Shown one piece after another: positions 1 through 11,013 of a stretch of 64,000 nt of DNA. This DNA is from Heteronotia binoei (taxonomy: Eukaryota), in assembly GCF_032191835.1 (NCBI RefSeq), contig NC_083230.1, forward strand, positions 3,720,001 through 3,784,000. The letters are read 5' to 3'. Under the pieces are notes generated by a model. That model was not told the origin of the DNA, ran no database searches, and saw only the letters and a program-made list of their open reading frames with translations. The position numbers and the translations under genes were made by a program. Position 1 is the stretch's first letter. Every line of letters starts with the position of its first letter.

Positions 1-479
1 TGGGATTGAGTGGATGGAGTACCGAAGACAATAAAATCCCTTTGCAAGAGGAAGGCACTCTATTTTTCTTGGATGTTATGACACAGACCTCTCTAGAGCA
101 GGTAGTCATTTTGACAATGTGCTCGCCTGGAGAGGTGAAGGGAACTTCAAAGTAATTGAACATTGGAAGAGAGCTAGTACATCTAAACTAAAGAGCCTGT
201 CCTATATTTTAACATCTCATAGGGCTTCTACAGAGAAAGAGACTGAGGATTTGTATTTTTACCAATTTTTTTTGTATGCCTTGATCAATTTGGTGCTATG
301 CTAAAAGTATGCTTGTAAATATTTTTTTTTAATAAATATTTTATCATTTTTGATTCTGGGAGCCATTCTCTGTACCACAAAGACCTTCACCATCACGGAC
401 ACGCTATCTGAAGAGGTGGGCCAGGGAGAGGCAGGCAGTTGACAGGTGGCTATTCCTCCAAAGGTGCCCAAGGCCTCTT

Positions 480-900
480 GCCATAATTTAATCTAAAGTG
501 GATTTCTGTTTTTATGTAACCTTCTGCTTGGCTTGCTATCAGTATATTCTCATGCACACTGGCCTGTTATTCTGCAACACATTAAGTATCCATTTGAACC
601 CTGGGAATAGGAAATGGGCAGCTCCAAGGCCACCCGGTGTTATCTGACTCCCAGAGACATTTACAGTTTCATTTCTTCATGCTTGGGGGGGCTTGGAATG
701 TTTGAGGGGGAATGCTATTGGTAGATTTTGTCTTTTTAGCCGTTTGAATGTATAACAAACAGATCCAGGGGTATATCTATGTGGATGGGGGTCACATGCA
801 TCAGTTTCAGCAAGAACCATCTTGCACTGTAACTGTCTAGCTTATTCAATAAAGCACCTTTATTCAAGTATGAAGGAATATTGATTGGTGAAGATTGTGC
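480..900 (-). mobile_element. Degenerate L1-like ORF2 fragment
   Basis: Minus-strand translation contains a GGLGAAHF-like motif resembling L1 ORF2 GGLGxPNF; heavily decayed. Confidence 0.3.
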
Positions 901-1425
901 GGTACTTGACGGGCAGAAATCTGTCCCCATGGTGACCAGGTGCTTGGCAGCAGAAACACTGAGGCAAGGCCTCTGAACTTGAAAGAGAAGCTGGGAGTCC
1001 TGATCCTCCCAGCGACAAGTTCCAACAGTGATCAGAAGGTAGTAGTGGGGCTACCCAAGAGTGGAAGAAATGTATCTCCAGGGTGTTGGAAACCCCTGTG
1101 AGGGCTGGGCAGAACAGGGCCTGAAGGCCAGAGCAGTCACATACTACGTTAGAGGGGTTCTGTGCTTAACTATTGATGAATTGGTATACTCCCTTAAAAA
1201 GCAGGTAAGCTTAGAGATCTTTCGCTAAACCTTGTAGCAATTGATTCCACAAGTTAATGATCTGTTGCAGAAGTACCTTTTCTCTTTACTTTGTCCTGAC
1301 CCTTCAACAAATCAATTTTATTCGATGGCTCTAATTTCCAGTAGCTATTTCAGGCTTGAGGGTATTGATTGGTGCTAGCAAGAATACTTTTATAATATCT
1401 GTGACCTTTGTTTTGTTGTTTTATA

Positions 1426-1722
1426 GGAGCCCCGTGGCGCAGAGTGGTAAAGCTGCAGTACTGCAGTCCAAGCTCTCTGCTCATGACCTGAGTTCGATTC
1501 CGGTGGAAGCTGAATTCAGGTAGCGGGCTCAAGGTTAACTCAGTCTTCCATTCTTCCAAGGTCAGTAAAATGAGTATCCAGCTTGCTGGGGTAAAGCGTA
1601 GAGGACTAGGGAAGGCAATGGCAAACCACCCCATTAAAAGTCTGCCGTGAAATGTCATGATGCAACGTCACCCCAGAGTCAGAAACAACTGGTGCTTGCA
1701 CAGGGGACCACTTTTACCTTTT
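1426..1722 (+). mobile_element. Sauria-type tRNA-derived SINE
   Basis: tRNA-like head (GTGGCGCAGAGTGG A-box, GAGTTCGATTCC B-box), GGCAATGGCAAACCACC RTE-like tail, T-rich end; closely similar to the copy at 44150-44432. Confidence 0.9.
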
Positions 1723-2459
1723 TTTGTGTGTTTTATAGGTTTTAAGTCTGATATTTTACTGTGAAGATTGTAATGTTTATTGCCTCTTGGCCTTGTGTAG
1801 TAGGCAGGATAAAATTAAATAAATAGTATGCAATAGTTTCACCACATACTTCAGCTTTTAAATTAACCTTTATCCCTGCCCAATATTTTATCAATTTAAA
1901 AAAACAACATAAGATGCACTGCTGCTCTGGTTATGCTAGTTGCTCTTTCTTCTTCTGCATCTTTGCAATGTCAGTTTTCCCAAGGGGTCAAAATAAGAAA
2001 AGCCCTTCTGCATTAGAACTGGTGCAGTTGGTCCCCAACTAAGACCATCCAGATGCTTCTTGGAAACCCCAAGCAGAGAATCATTGTAAAATATATACTA
2101 AATGGCACTTGACTCCTGATAAAACCCAAAGCCAAAAGTAGGAGAACACAGATAAGGAACCACCTTTTAAATACAAAATAACTGTGTTCTGCAAGACGCT
2201 ATACTTAGGTTATATAAATAATTATATTCAGAAGATACTCCACAATATACAAACAATAATGAATTATACACAGTGCTAGACAGACTCCTCCGTAGGTGTT
2301 ATGTTAAGATAAATGTAAATGTCCAAACAGTCAAATAAGAATTGTGTGCTACTGCTGGTAGCTGCTATGCCTTAGTGATGATCTATTTAGGATAGCCTCT
2401 CTCTGCAAACTCTTTACTAAGTCACCTTGCTTGTATGTGGAAGTCGGTAATGAAAGTAG

Positions 2460-3770
2460 AGTTTCTACAGACCCTTAGAAATTGTCCTGTTGGTATATTT
2501 TCCCTCAAATATGGTTGGACCTGAAATGTAAGAATGAATTACAATCCGTTGGTTTCATATATGTTTTAACAGCCAAATTGTTCAGATTTGTTTTTAGTAT
2601 TATGGGATCCAAAAAATTAATTTGTGACATGCTATAAGTGCCTGTAAATTTAATAGAGAGGTGTATATTGTTAAACCATTCCACCATAGAAGGTATCACA
2701 TCAATGTCATCAATATGTCTCTGATTTAAAATTGTATTTTTATGGAAGGGATGTCAGACTATGCTTCATTGAAGTCTCTTTGCTTTATGAATGAATTTAT
2801 CCCTGCTTACTAATATCATTACTGAATAAAATTCTATGCTACTAACATATGTGTCCTGCAAGGAAAAGAGGAGGGGTGGGAATGGAGGCTGCCAAGACTC
2901 CAAAGGCCAGTAAGGCCTTTGAAGTGCAAAGCGCCCAGCTAGCCTCCCTGGCGCCTCCCGAGCAAAGCAAGGACATCACCAAGGGGGGAAATGTAACCAT
3001 CACCGGTAAAAGATAAGCGGGCGTGTGAAAGTGTTACTTGCGGAACAACTGTAGTTTTATTATGAGAAGTAGTTTAAAGCCCAAAGCCTTTGAAGTGTAT
3101 TCATAAATGCCAGTGGTTCAAACTGTCTTTTATCAGTTTCAATGAATCCATGTAGAGAGTAACATTGTTGTAATCAATAAATGAAACTTAGTTTTTAACA
3201 AAGACAAGTCTGATCATTTTGAAACTTCAATGAACCCTTTGCTGACAAGGGATTGGCCAGATTATTATATATGAATTCCTTTTCAAGTGTGGCCATAAAT
3301 AGATTGGCCACGCTGGGGGCAAATCTTGTGCCCATTGCTACAACCTTTGTCTGAAGAAAAAAATCATGTCTATATCTGAAGAATCTTTTTTCTCTAACTA
3401 GCTCTGCTAGTTTTACCAAAAACTGCAAAGGTGGAAAACTATTCTCCCTTTCAGTAAGGGCCATTCGGATGCATTCAATAGCCTCCTCTTGCGGGATAGA
3501 TGCATATAGTGCTGTTACATCCATAGTCATCAATACTACTGTAGGTTTAATCTGAAACCCTTCTATTTCAGAAAAAAAATGTTTGGTATCGCTTATAAAA
3601 GATGGCATTTTTTGGACTAGGGGTTGTAGGAAACTTTCCACATATTTAGACAGAAGTTCAAGTATCGAGTTGCACTCTGATGTGATTGGTCTGCCCACTG
3701 GTGGTCTTTGGGGCTTATGTATTTTAGGTAGCATATAAAAAATGAGCACTGGAACATTCATTTACTAAAA
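2460..3770 (-). mobile_element. Penelope-like element RT fragment interrupted by a solo LTR
   Basis: FYMLPKIHK, GRPI, MDVTALYASIP and GxAMG-like (VVAMGTRFAPSVANLFM) motifs. Removing 2752-3247 and one TSD joins LANP to FHKNTILNQRHIDDI (catalytic DD), then KFTG...INFLD...KTYMKPTD. Confidence 0.9.
2752..3247 (+). mobile_element. Solo LTR (gypsy/ERV type), 496 bp
   Basis: Begins TGTCAG and ends CTGACA; AGGGA on both flanks (2747-2751, 3248-3252); AATAAA near the 3' end. Confidence 0.85.
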
Positions 3771-6054
3771 ACTGGCTTGTAGCCACGTCTATATGCGTTA
3801 TAGACCAATATTTATATTTCAAGTCTGTATGTTTTGTATGTTTATGAACTGATTTTTTTTTAAAAAAAATCAAAATGTAGGCCTGCTTCTGGTGACCTCA
3901 GGGGTGCGGCCTGGTGACATCGGGGTTGTGGGCTAATATGCAAATGAGTGCCTGCTGGGCTTTTTCTACAAAAAAAGCCCTGCAAATTGCTAAATCTTAG
4001 AAAAGCGAATCTAGACTTGCCATGACTACTTGGCATGATAGAATGTGGGACATTTTAATACATGACAAAATAACTGCACAAATTAAAAATTTCTCTCCTG
4101 TCAATAATCTTACAGAACAATAGATTCTCTGGTTCTCATTCGCTGAGTAAAACAATTTGTCACGTGCCAGAGAGACTGAATTAATATCACAGCAAAACAC
4201 AAAAAGTTGGAAATTTTTCAATCTAAGTTTTTGCTTTCAATTCTTCAGATACTCAGGGCATTCTGGACGCCTTGATTCAGATAGAAACTGACATGATCTC
4301 AGTGGAGGCGAGGCTTTGGATCATGACCACACAGTATTGGCTGAAGTAATCTTTTTCCCTAAGAGGCCAACAAGCTTAATCTTCCAAGATATCTCAGTTC
4401 CACCATGGCTTAGGGTCATAGAGGGAAAAAAATCCCTATTTCGGACTTTTAAAACAATATCTTAGCTCTCTTACATACAAAAAAGCCAGAGAACTGGTGA
4501 AACAGAATATATTGCCAGACAGAATGATCTTAATAGTACCTCATAGCTCGGAAGGGAAATAGCTAGGAATTTTCTTTCTCCCTCTCTTAGTTGGTAGTTT
4601 TTAAAACGTTTAATCCCATTATAAACTGTATGTATATTTTATAATTGATTGTAGCAATTTTACCTCTGTTCTCTCAGCACAATTTATATGAGTTACTGTA
4701 GCCGACATTGGTTTTATCTGTATTGTTTTTGCTGCCTTTTGCTGTGAATAAACTTAAACTTAAACAGAGAGAGAGAAAGAGAGAAAGTGTCATTCATATT
4801 GCAGTTCTACCCACTGTATTTGCTGCAATGAGCAGAATTTTTTTTGCTAGTTAGTTGTGGTTGATATAACATAATCCATTAGCAATGCCGAGATTTTTCC
4901 CCCATAGTATTTAGTGCTTAGATTTAAATCTCCAGTACATTACTTTCATAGGAACTTTACAAGTCATAGAATTGGAGAATCTAGGTCTTTGAAAATGAAA
5001 GAATATCAAGAAATATTCATCTCTCCAAAATGCAAAAATACAGAATGCTAAAACTGAATGATTCTTTGTCTCAGTCTTAAAAAACAACACCAGAAGTAAT
5101 ATTGAGATTGTGATACTGTGCATAACTTGTTACAAGTTGTCACATTACCTGAGCATCACCAGGAAAAATAATATTTTAGGAAAACAGCCTGTTAGTGTGA
5201 CTTGAAACACAGAAGTCAAATAAACCAAATAGCACAATGAGCAGAGAGACAGCTCAATGACATTATTTATTCCAAAATTATATCGTCCACTAAGAAAGAG
5301 ATGTGATTAGACATCCAGGGTAAATGTAATGTATGAAGAGGGCCTTAAGCAACTTGCTTCATTTCTTGGAAATCAGCATTTGTCTGAATGTTCTGAGTCC
5401 CCCCCCCCCACTGGGAATGTTTCCAGTAACTTCACATATTTTAGACAGTGATGTGTTTAGTATTGCCAGTTATATTTTTCCAAATGACAAAGATTTCCCT
5501 TTGACTCTTGAGAAGTGACAGAAGGCACCAAAGGAAGCCAGTGTTTAAGTTTTGTTGACCTTCTTTCACTAATTGTTAGACACAAGGGCATCTCCAGAAA
5601 CAGGACAACATACATTTGTTGTAATTTACACAAAACCCACTTCATGTGTTGTGTTGGATGTTAAGTAGCTGCAATGATACTTCATTGAACTGCAATAGGG
5701 GGTGCTTTCCTATTATTTCTAGTGTCCTGTTCTGTCCAAAGGGCAACACCATGTAAAAAAGGAATGTCCATCTGGGTTATTCAGCCTAAGGACATAATAG
5801 CCCTTCAGTATTTTCATTTGTAACAACACATTTGCATATTATGATTCAAAGTTGGTGATTTTGCTAAATTGCATTTATACATGATCACAAAACAATCACA
5901 GAAGCAAAGGTGAAAGAAATCAGCAGAATTCATTCTGAGCACTTACAGTGAGACTGGAAATGTTTGTAAGATAAATTATGATACTTGAACCCCTAATTGC
6001 ATGCATTGGTTTCAGAAACACCTGCTTCTGCGTGTTCTGTGATCAGCCTATTAA

Positions 6055-6245
6055 CATTATTTTGGTGGAAAGTGCTGTCAATTCATAGCTGACATGGCAA
6101 CCCTTTTTCAAGGCAAAAGACATCCAGAGGCGGTTTGCCATTGCCCGCCTCCATGTAGCAACCTTGGACTTGCTTGGTGGTCTCCCATCCAAGTACTAAC
6201 TGGGACCAACCTTGCTTAGCTTCTGAAATCTAATAAGATTGGGTG
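6055..6245 (-). mobile_element. 5S rRNA-derived SINE with Sauria/RTE-type tail
   Basis: Reverse complement of ~6175-6245 resembles 5S rRNA (GAAGCTAAGCA...GTTAGTACTTGGATGGGAGACC), followed by a GGCAATGGCAAACC tail. Confidence 0.8.
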
Positions 6246-6408
6246 ACACTGGACTAGCCTGGTCAGATCAAATAAAAACATCTCTATTAGGCATTTGTTG
6301 CAAATTGCATAAACAGGTCACACAACATCAAGAGATAACACAAATGAATGAGGCCATTCTGGTCAGGGCAGCATTATTTTACTAGAGCTAAAATACGCTT
6401 CACTAATT

Positions 6409-6500
6409 AATAATAATAATAATAATAATAATAAATTTTATTTTTATATCCCGCCCTCCCCCACCAAAAGGCGGGCTCAGGGCGGCTCACAGACATGACT
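6409..6500 (-). repeat. (TAA)n microsatellite with adjacent L2-type 3' end
   Basis: TAA repeats followed by the reverse complement of TGTGAGCCGCCCTGAGCC...GGCGGGATATAAAAATAAA, as at ~30580 and ~58540. Confidence 0.7.
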
Positions 6501-8408
6501 ACGTCATGATTCAATTAAAAGCAGATAAACATTATGAATACAATACAATTACATATATAGATTAAAATACATAAAAATAGGTGCTATAATTTCTGGTGTC
6601 ACAATTACATATTATCAGCTTCAGTTACAACATTAGTCATAGAGGAAATATCAAAAGGGATTCTTTTTTCTAACAGCTATGTTCTGCAAAATGACAACAG
6701 TAACCCTCCCCCAGGATTATAAAATTGCAGGCAGCCAAGAATTCCACCCCTCCTTTCCCTAGCTTTTTGTGCAAAGAAAAGGGATGTCAAAGAGCAGCTT
6801 GAGCTAAATCCTTTATCCCTGAAGTTTTCCTTGCTAGAGATTTCTGAAAGGCAATTTAAAATGAAGGCTTAATCTGCTCTATTTTGTCCCATTCCTCTAA
6901 TAAATGCAGTAAAATTTACTATCCCCTTTTTTATGAATGATCTGTTAGGTGCTGATTGTGAATCTTTCAGAGCTGTTGCTTCTCAATCCAGTACAGATCA
7001 ATTGGAATACATAATCAGTTCTGTTTTGCTTAGGTATATGCTTTCTGTTTGAAAAAAAAAAATAAGTATGATAATATCACGTAATCACTAATATCAAATA
7101 ATCAAGACAGCTAGTGTGATGTAGTGCTTAGAGAGTCAGATAGGGTTGCCAACCTTGAGGTAGCACCTGGAGAGCTCCTGCTATTACAGTTGATCTCCAG
7201 ATGACCAAGATCAGTTGCCCTGGAGTAAGGATAGACACAAACCAGCTTGCAAACTAGTTTGTGATTAATTTTGGCTAGTTTGCAAACTGAACTTCATAGG
7301 TCAACCAGCACAAACTTTCCACAAATATATATATATACTCCATGCCATTCAGATGCCAGGTCTTGACTAGATATCCAGACAGATGCTTATACCAGTATTG
7401 CAAGGCAAAAACAGATCTTTGAGTCTACCACCCTTTAGCATAAGCTCAATTAAGAAAACATGTTATGCTTTCCTTTGTAGAGCTGTTAAGGTTCTGCCTT
7501 CATCTTTAATCAAAAATGGATTTATTTTCAGGACTGATAAAATGTCAACTGGATTCTAAGAAGCAGGCCTTAGGGTTAATTTATAGAAATGCATCTTCAG
7601 CGATGCAAATAAATCCACCTGCCCTGAGACTATTTATTGACTTAAGCAACTTCTAAAGCCCTCTTACTATCAGCTATTTCAGCTTTTATAGAAGACAGCT
7701 CTTTGCCAGCGTTTGTGGGGAGAATGATAAACATAGCTGCTAAATCCATTGCTGACTGGGAAAGCCTGCCTGTTAGAATCTCAGCAGACTTCTGTTCAGT
7801 TAGGAAGCACAGAAGATCATGTAGGAAGTATCCTTTTATAATAAAATAGAATTTTAAACTCAGCTTTGTGTTGTTCTGAACAAGAATCCAGTCTTTTATC
7901 CTCTTACCTCTAAATTCACCTAGACCTTTTTTTTTTTTTTTTTTGCTTCTTTAATGGGAATAAATAAGTGACTGTATCAATAGTCCAATGCTGAAAAACT
8001 CTACTCAGAAGTGAGTCCCACTGATTTTATCTCGTGGGGATTAAAATTTATAGACCAAGAAGCCTGTATCTATCATGCCTTCAGTTTCCACTAGCACAGT
8101 GTTTCTTGCAGATAGGAGGAAAAGTGATGATTCATGAGTCATCCAAGATATCAATTTTATCCACCTTTCCTTGTGCTTTGCAGCCCCCTGTATCATTTTT
8201 CTCTATTCCTGTCTCTGTGATGTACAGGATATGGCAGAATAGTGATCACTTTATCAATGGGTATTATTCATGATAACTAAATGAAGCCTCCACATTTTGA
8301 ATCAAAACACCTTTAATTACTAAAGTAACATGAGACGTTCAAAACTCTATATTTGAAGAAGGGTTCAAATCAGAACAGATTCAGAAGAAGGCAACTGAGA
8401 AGGTCATG

Positions 8409-8588
8409 ATCTTCTTCGTGGTCTCTGTGCATTCACACATATGGGTATTCCACAGGACTTACCCTGACCTCGGAGAGTTCAAAGCAATCTTGATCGTAGA
8501 TCTGGCGCGCCTCCCCCTCGTCCCAGGGAGGAGCCACCGTCTGCGCATGCCTGGACGAGGGGGAGGCGCTTAGCCACTCAGTTTCTTC
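8409..8588 (+). repeat. DIRS left inverted terminal repeat
   Basis: 8433-8588 is the reverse complement of 14201-14356 with 2 mismatches in 156 nt, both CpG-type transitions. Confidence 0.97.
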
Positions 8589-8766
8589 CTTACCGCCGAC
8601 CGGATCGCACCTACCTCGATTCTCCAACTTCTTCATTACAATCTCTTCAATCCTCTCATATCCTACAATCTTCGTTCCTCAGACCTCTCCTGGTATCGTA
8701 TTTTAAAAAAAAAACCTCTTTACTATCCTCCAACCTTTCCCCGTCCCCCCCCCCACCCCCGGGCGG

Positions 8767-11013
8767 ATGGAAGGAAGGGACAAAATAACTTTTAAACGCT
8801 GCATCCGCTGCGCGGCAAAGATCCCATTGTCAGACGGTCACTCCCTGTGCCTCTTCTGCCTTGGAGAGTCCCACCGTACTGACTCCTGCGAGCACTGCAG
8901 CCAATTTGGAAAACAGGCCCGCAAAAATCGCGCCACGAGGCTCAGGAGCCATCTTATGGAAACCTCCCTCAGACCGGCCACGTCCCACGCGGCACAGAAA
9001 CACCCTCCGCCATCTTCCCCACCTCTCACGGGAATGGCGCAGCCGGCAGCTTCCGTGGCTCAAGGTCCCTGCAAGCCTAAGTCCGGCAAGCACACCGCTA
9101 AATCTGACGATGCCAATAAGCGCCGCCGCTCCGACTCCGCTCACGCGGACCCGACGAGCAAGACGACGAAAAAGCCCAAGACGAGACATAGATCATCCGA
9201 CCCTCCTGCGCAAACCACGGGCTCGACCCCGACCGCGAGTTCGAGCACGGCGAGGCCTACGGTCGCGAACCCAATCCCGAACTCCAGCTCGAACCCGAAG
9301 ACGCCACCGAAGTCCACTCCGACACCGTCTATCACACCGCTCGAGATCGTGCGTATCTCCTCCAAGTCCCCGTCGATACCGAACTCTCCACCAGACCAGA
9401 TACTCGACGTCGACTCACCCATTTCCGTCCGAAGCCAACGCCATACACTCGACCCGAGAGCCTTCCAAGATGTACAGCGCCAACCACTACAAGCCCACTC
9501 TCTACTCAGAGAACCCTCGACTCCGAGAACGATTCCACGGCTTCCTACACCAAGATCTCGCAGTCGCCAACGGGCTCACAGTCATCGGAGAGAAAGATAT
9601 TATTACTACTCCCCATCGAGGTCCAGATCACCGTCCCCTCGGAACCGAAGAAGGCACCGAAGATCTCCCTCCTTCGACAGATACCACTCGGACCCGAGAG
9701 TCCGCCCCTACCACGGCCATCATGACTCCCCTCGGTACCGAGACCACACCGAGAGATCGGATCGGACCCGATACCGCGAGGTTTCCCCGCGCCGACACCA
9801 CCCCGACTACGAGGGACTCCCTCGGTACTGTGACGAACACGCTCCCCTCAACCTCGAGCAGAAACCACAATCACCGACAGGGTCCACCTCGGCCATCCCC
9901 ACTAAACAGCCTGCACCCTTGCAACCCCAGCCTGACCTCCAACATGAAACTGATGACGAATCCGAGGCTGAACTCTCAGACTCTGCTCATTCCTCCACCT
10001 CAGACCTACACTCCCCGGCTTCAGACATAGCAAAGCCAGCGGACTTATCGCCATCAGAAGGCCCCAGATCCTACCTGGACCTCATCTCAAATATGGCGAA
10101 CTCATTGAACCTCAAACTCAATACCGACGCACCCAGGGTCTCGGACGTCGTGTACGACCTCGTACACGCAGACCTCCCATCCAGCTCTTCTCTCCCTATG
10201 CTCCCCGTCCTTCTCGAGACACTCAAGGAAGCGTGGGACAAACCGGCATCGGTACCGCCAACCTCCAAGCGAGTGGAAGCCCTCTACAAGATCCACGCAC
10301 CCGAGTCGAAGTTCTTATTTAGCCACCCGGCACCGAACTCGATCATAGTACACTCTTCCTCGAAGTCGAAGCAAACTAGACACCCAGCGCCCCCTGAGAG
10401 GGAAGGCAAGAAGCTCGACACTATTGGAAGGAAGATATACGCACTCACCACGGCTACGTCGAAAATACATAACTACATGGCGTGCTTCTCCGCCTACGCA
10501 TACAATCTGACTAACTACCTCAACACACTAGTTCCATCTCTACCCGAGGCATCCCAGAAATCAGCAACCCATGCCCTGCAAGAACTGGCCAGGGTGAGTA
10601 AGCAGCAGATCAACACAGCACGTCACGCCGAGCAGTGCTCCTCCAAAACCCTCGCCTCAGCCATAGCCCTACGTAGACACGCGTGGCTGAGATCTTCATC
10701 CCTCCAACCCGACATCAAATACAAGGTTGAGGACCTACCATTCGATGGCCTTGGCCTATTCAACGCGACTACGGATGACATCCTCACGTCCGTAGATGAT
10801 GGCAGGAAGAGGGCGAAGAGACTGGGGGTCTCCCAATACCAGCCTCAACTCAGCAGACAGAGAAATTGGAAACCAGGCTACTACAAAAGTACCAGATCCC
10901 CAAGACAACAAGAACCATGGAGACGGAAGCCTCCACAATCCAAACAGCCTTTTCAACACAGGCCACGTTCTCAAACAACCAAAAAAACAGCTACCTCCAA
11001 ACCGCCGCTTTGA
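8767..11013 (+). CDS. gag: DIRS ORF1 Gag-like protein, 748 aa
   Basis: N-terminal CxxC..H..CxxC..H..CxxC zinc-finger-like cluster, P/S/T-rich and RS-rich middle, and a C-terminal region (FSHPAPNSIIV...EGKKLD..GRK...RRHAWL) typical of DIRS gag/LAP2alpha-like domains; no internal stop. Confidence 0.93.
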   Translation: MEGRDKITFKRCIRCAAKIPLSDGHSLCLFCLGESHRTDSCEHCSQFGKQARKNRATRLRSHLMETSLRPATSHAAQKHPPPSSPPLTGMAQPAASVAQGPCKPKSGKHTAKSDDANKRRRSDSAHADPTSKTTKKPKTRHRSSDPPAQTTGSTPTASSSTARPTVANPIPNSSSNPKTPPKSTPTPSITPLEIVRISSKSPSIPNSPPDQILDVDSPISVRSQRHTLDPRAFQDVQRQPLQAHSLLREPSTPRTIPRLPTPRSRSRQRAHSHRRERYYYYSPSRSRSPSPRNRRRHRRSPSFDRYHSDPRVRPYHGHHDSPRYRDHTERSDRTRYREVSPRRHHPDYEGLPRYCDEHAPLNLEQKPQSPTGSTSAIPTKQPAPLQPQPDLQHETDDESEAELSDSAHSSTSDLHSPASDIAKPADLSPSEGPRSYLDLISNMANSLNLKLNTDAPRVSDVVYDLVHADLPSSSSLPMLPVLLETLKEAWDKPASVPPTSKRVEALYKIHAPESKFLFSHPAPNSIIVHSSSKSKQTRHPAPPEREGKKLDTIGRKIYALTTATSKIHNYMACFSAYAYNLTNYLNTLVPSLPEASQKSATHALQELARVSKQQINTARHAEQCSSKTLASAIALRRHAWLRSSSLQPDIKYKVEDLPFDGLGLFNATTDDILTSVDDGRKRAKRLGVSQYQPQLSRQRNWKPGYYKSTRSPRQQEPWRRKPPQSKQPFQHRPRSQTTKKTATSKPPL

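Noticed and set aside
4249-4345. Possible plus-strand exon (DTQGILDALIQIETDMISVEARLWIMTTQYWLK)
   Set aside because: Good acceptor but weak donor, no recognisable protein, and no partner exons on this strand.
6175-6245. 5S rRNA gene
   Set aside because: Partial, diverged, and fused to a retroposon tail.
8861-10030. 389-aa ORF overlapping DIRS gag in the +1 frame
   Set aside because: Low-complexity R/P/T translation with no motifs; expected from the C/A-rich, T-poor plus strand. It does not connect to the RT ORF.
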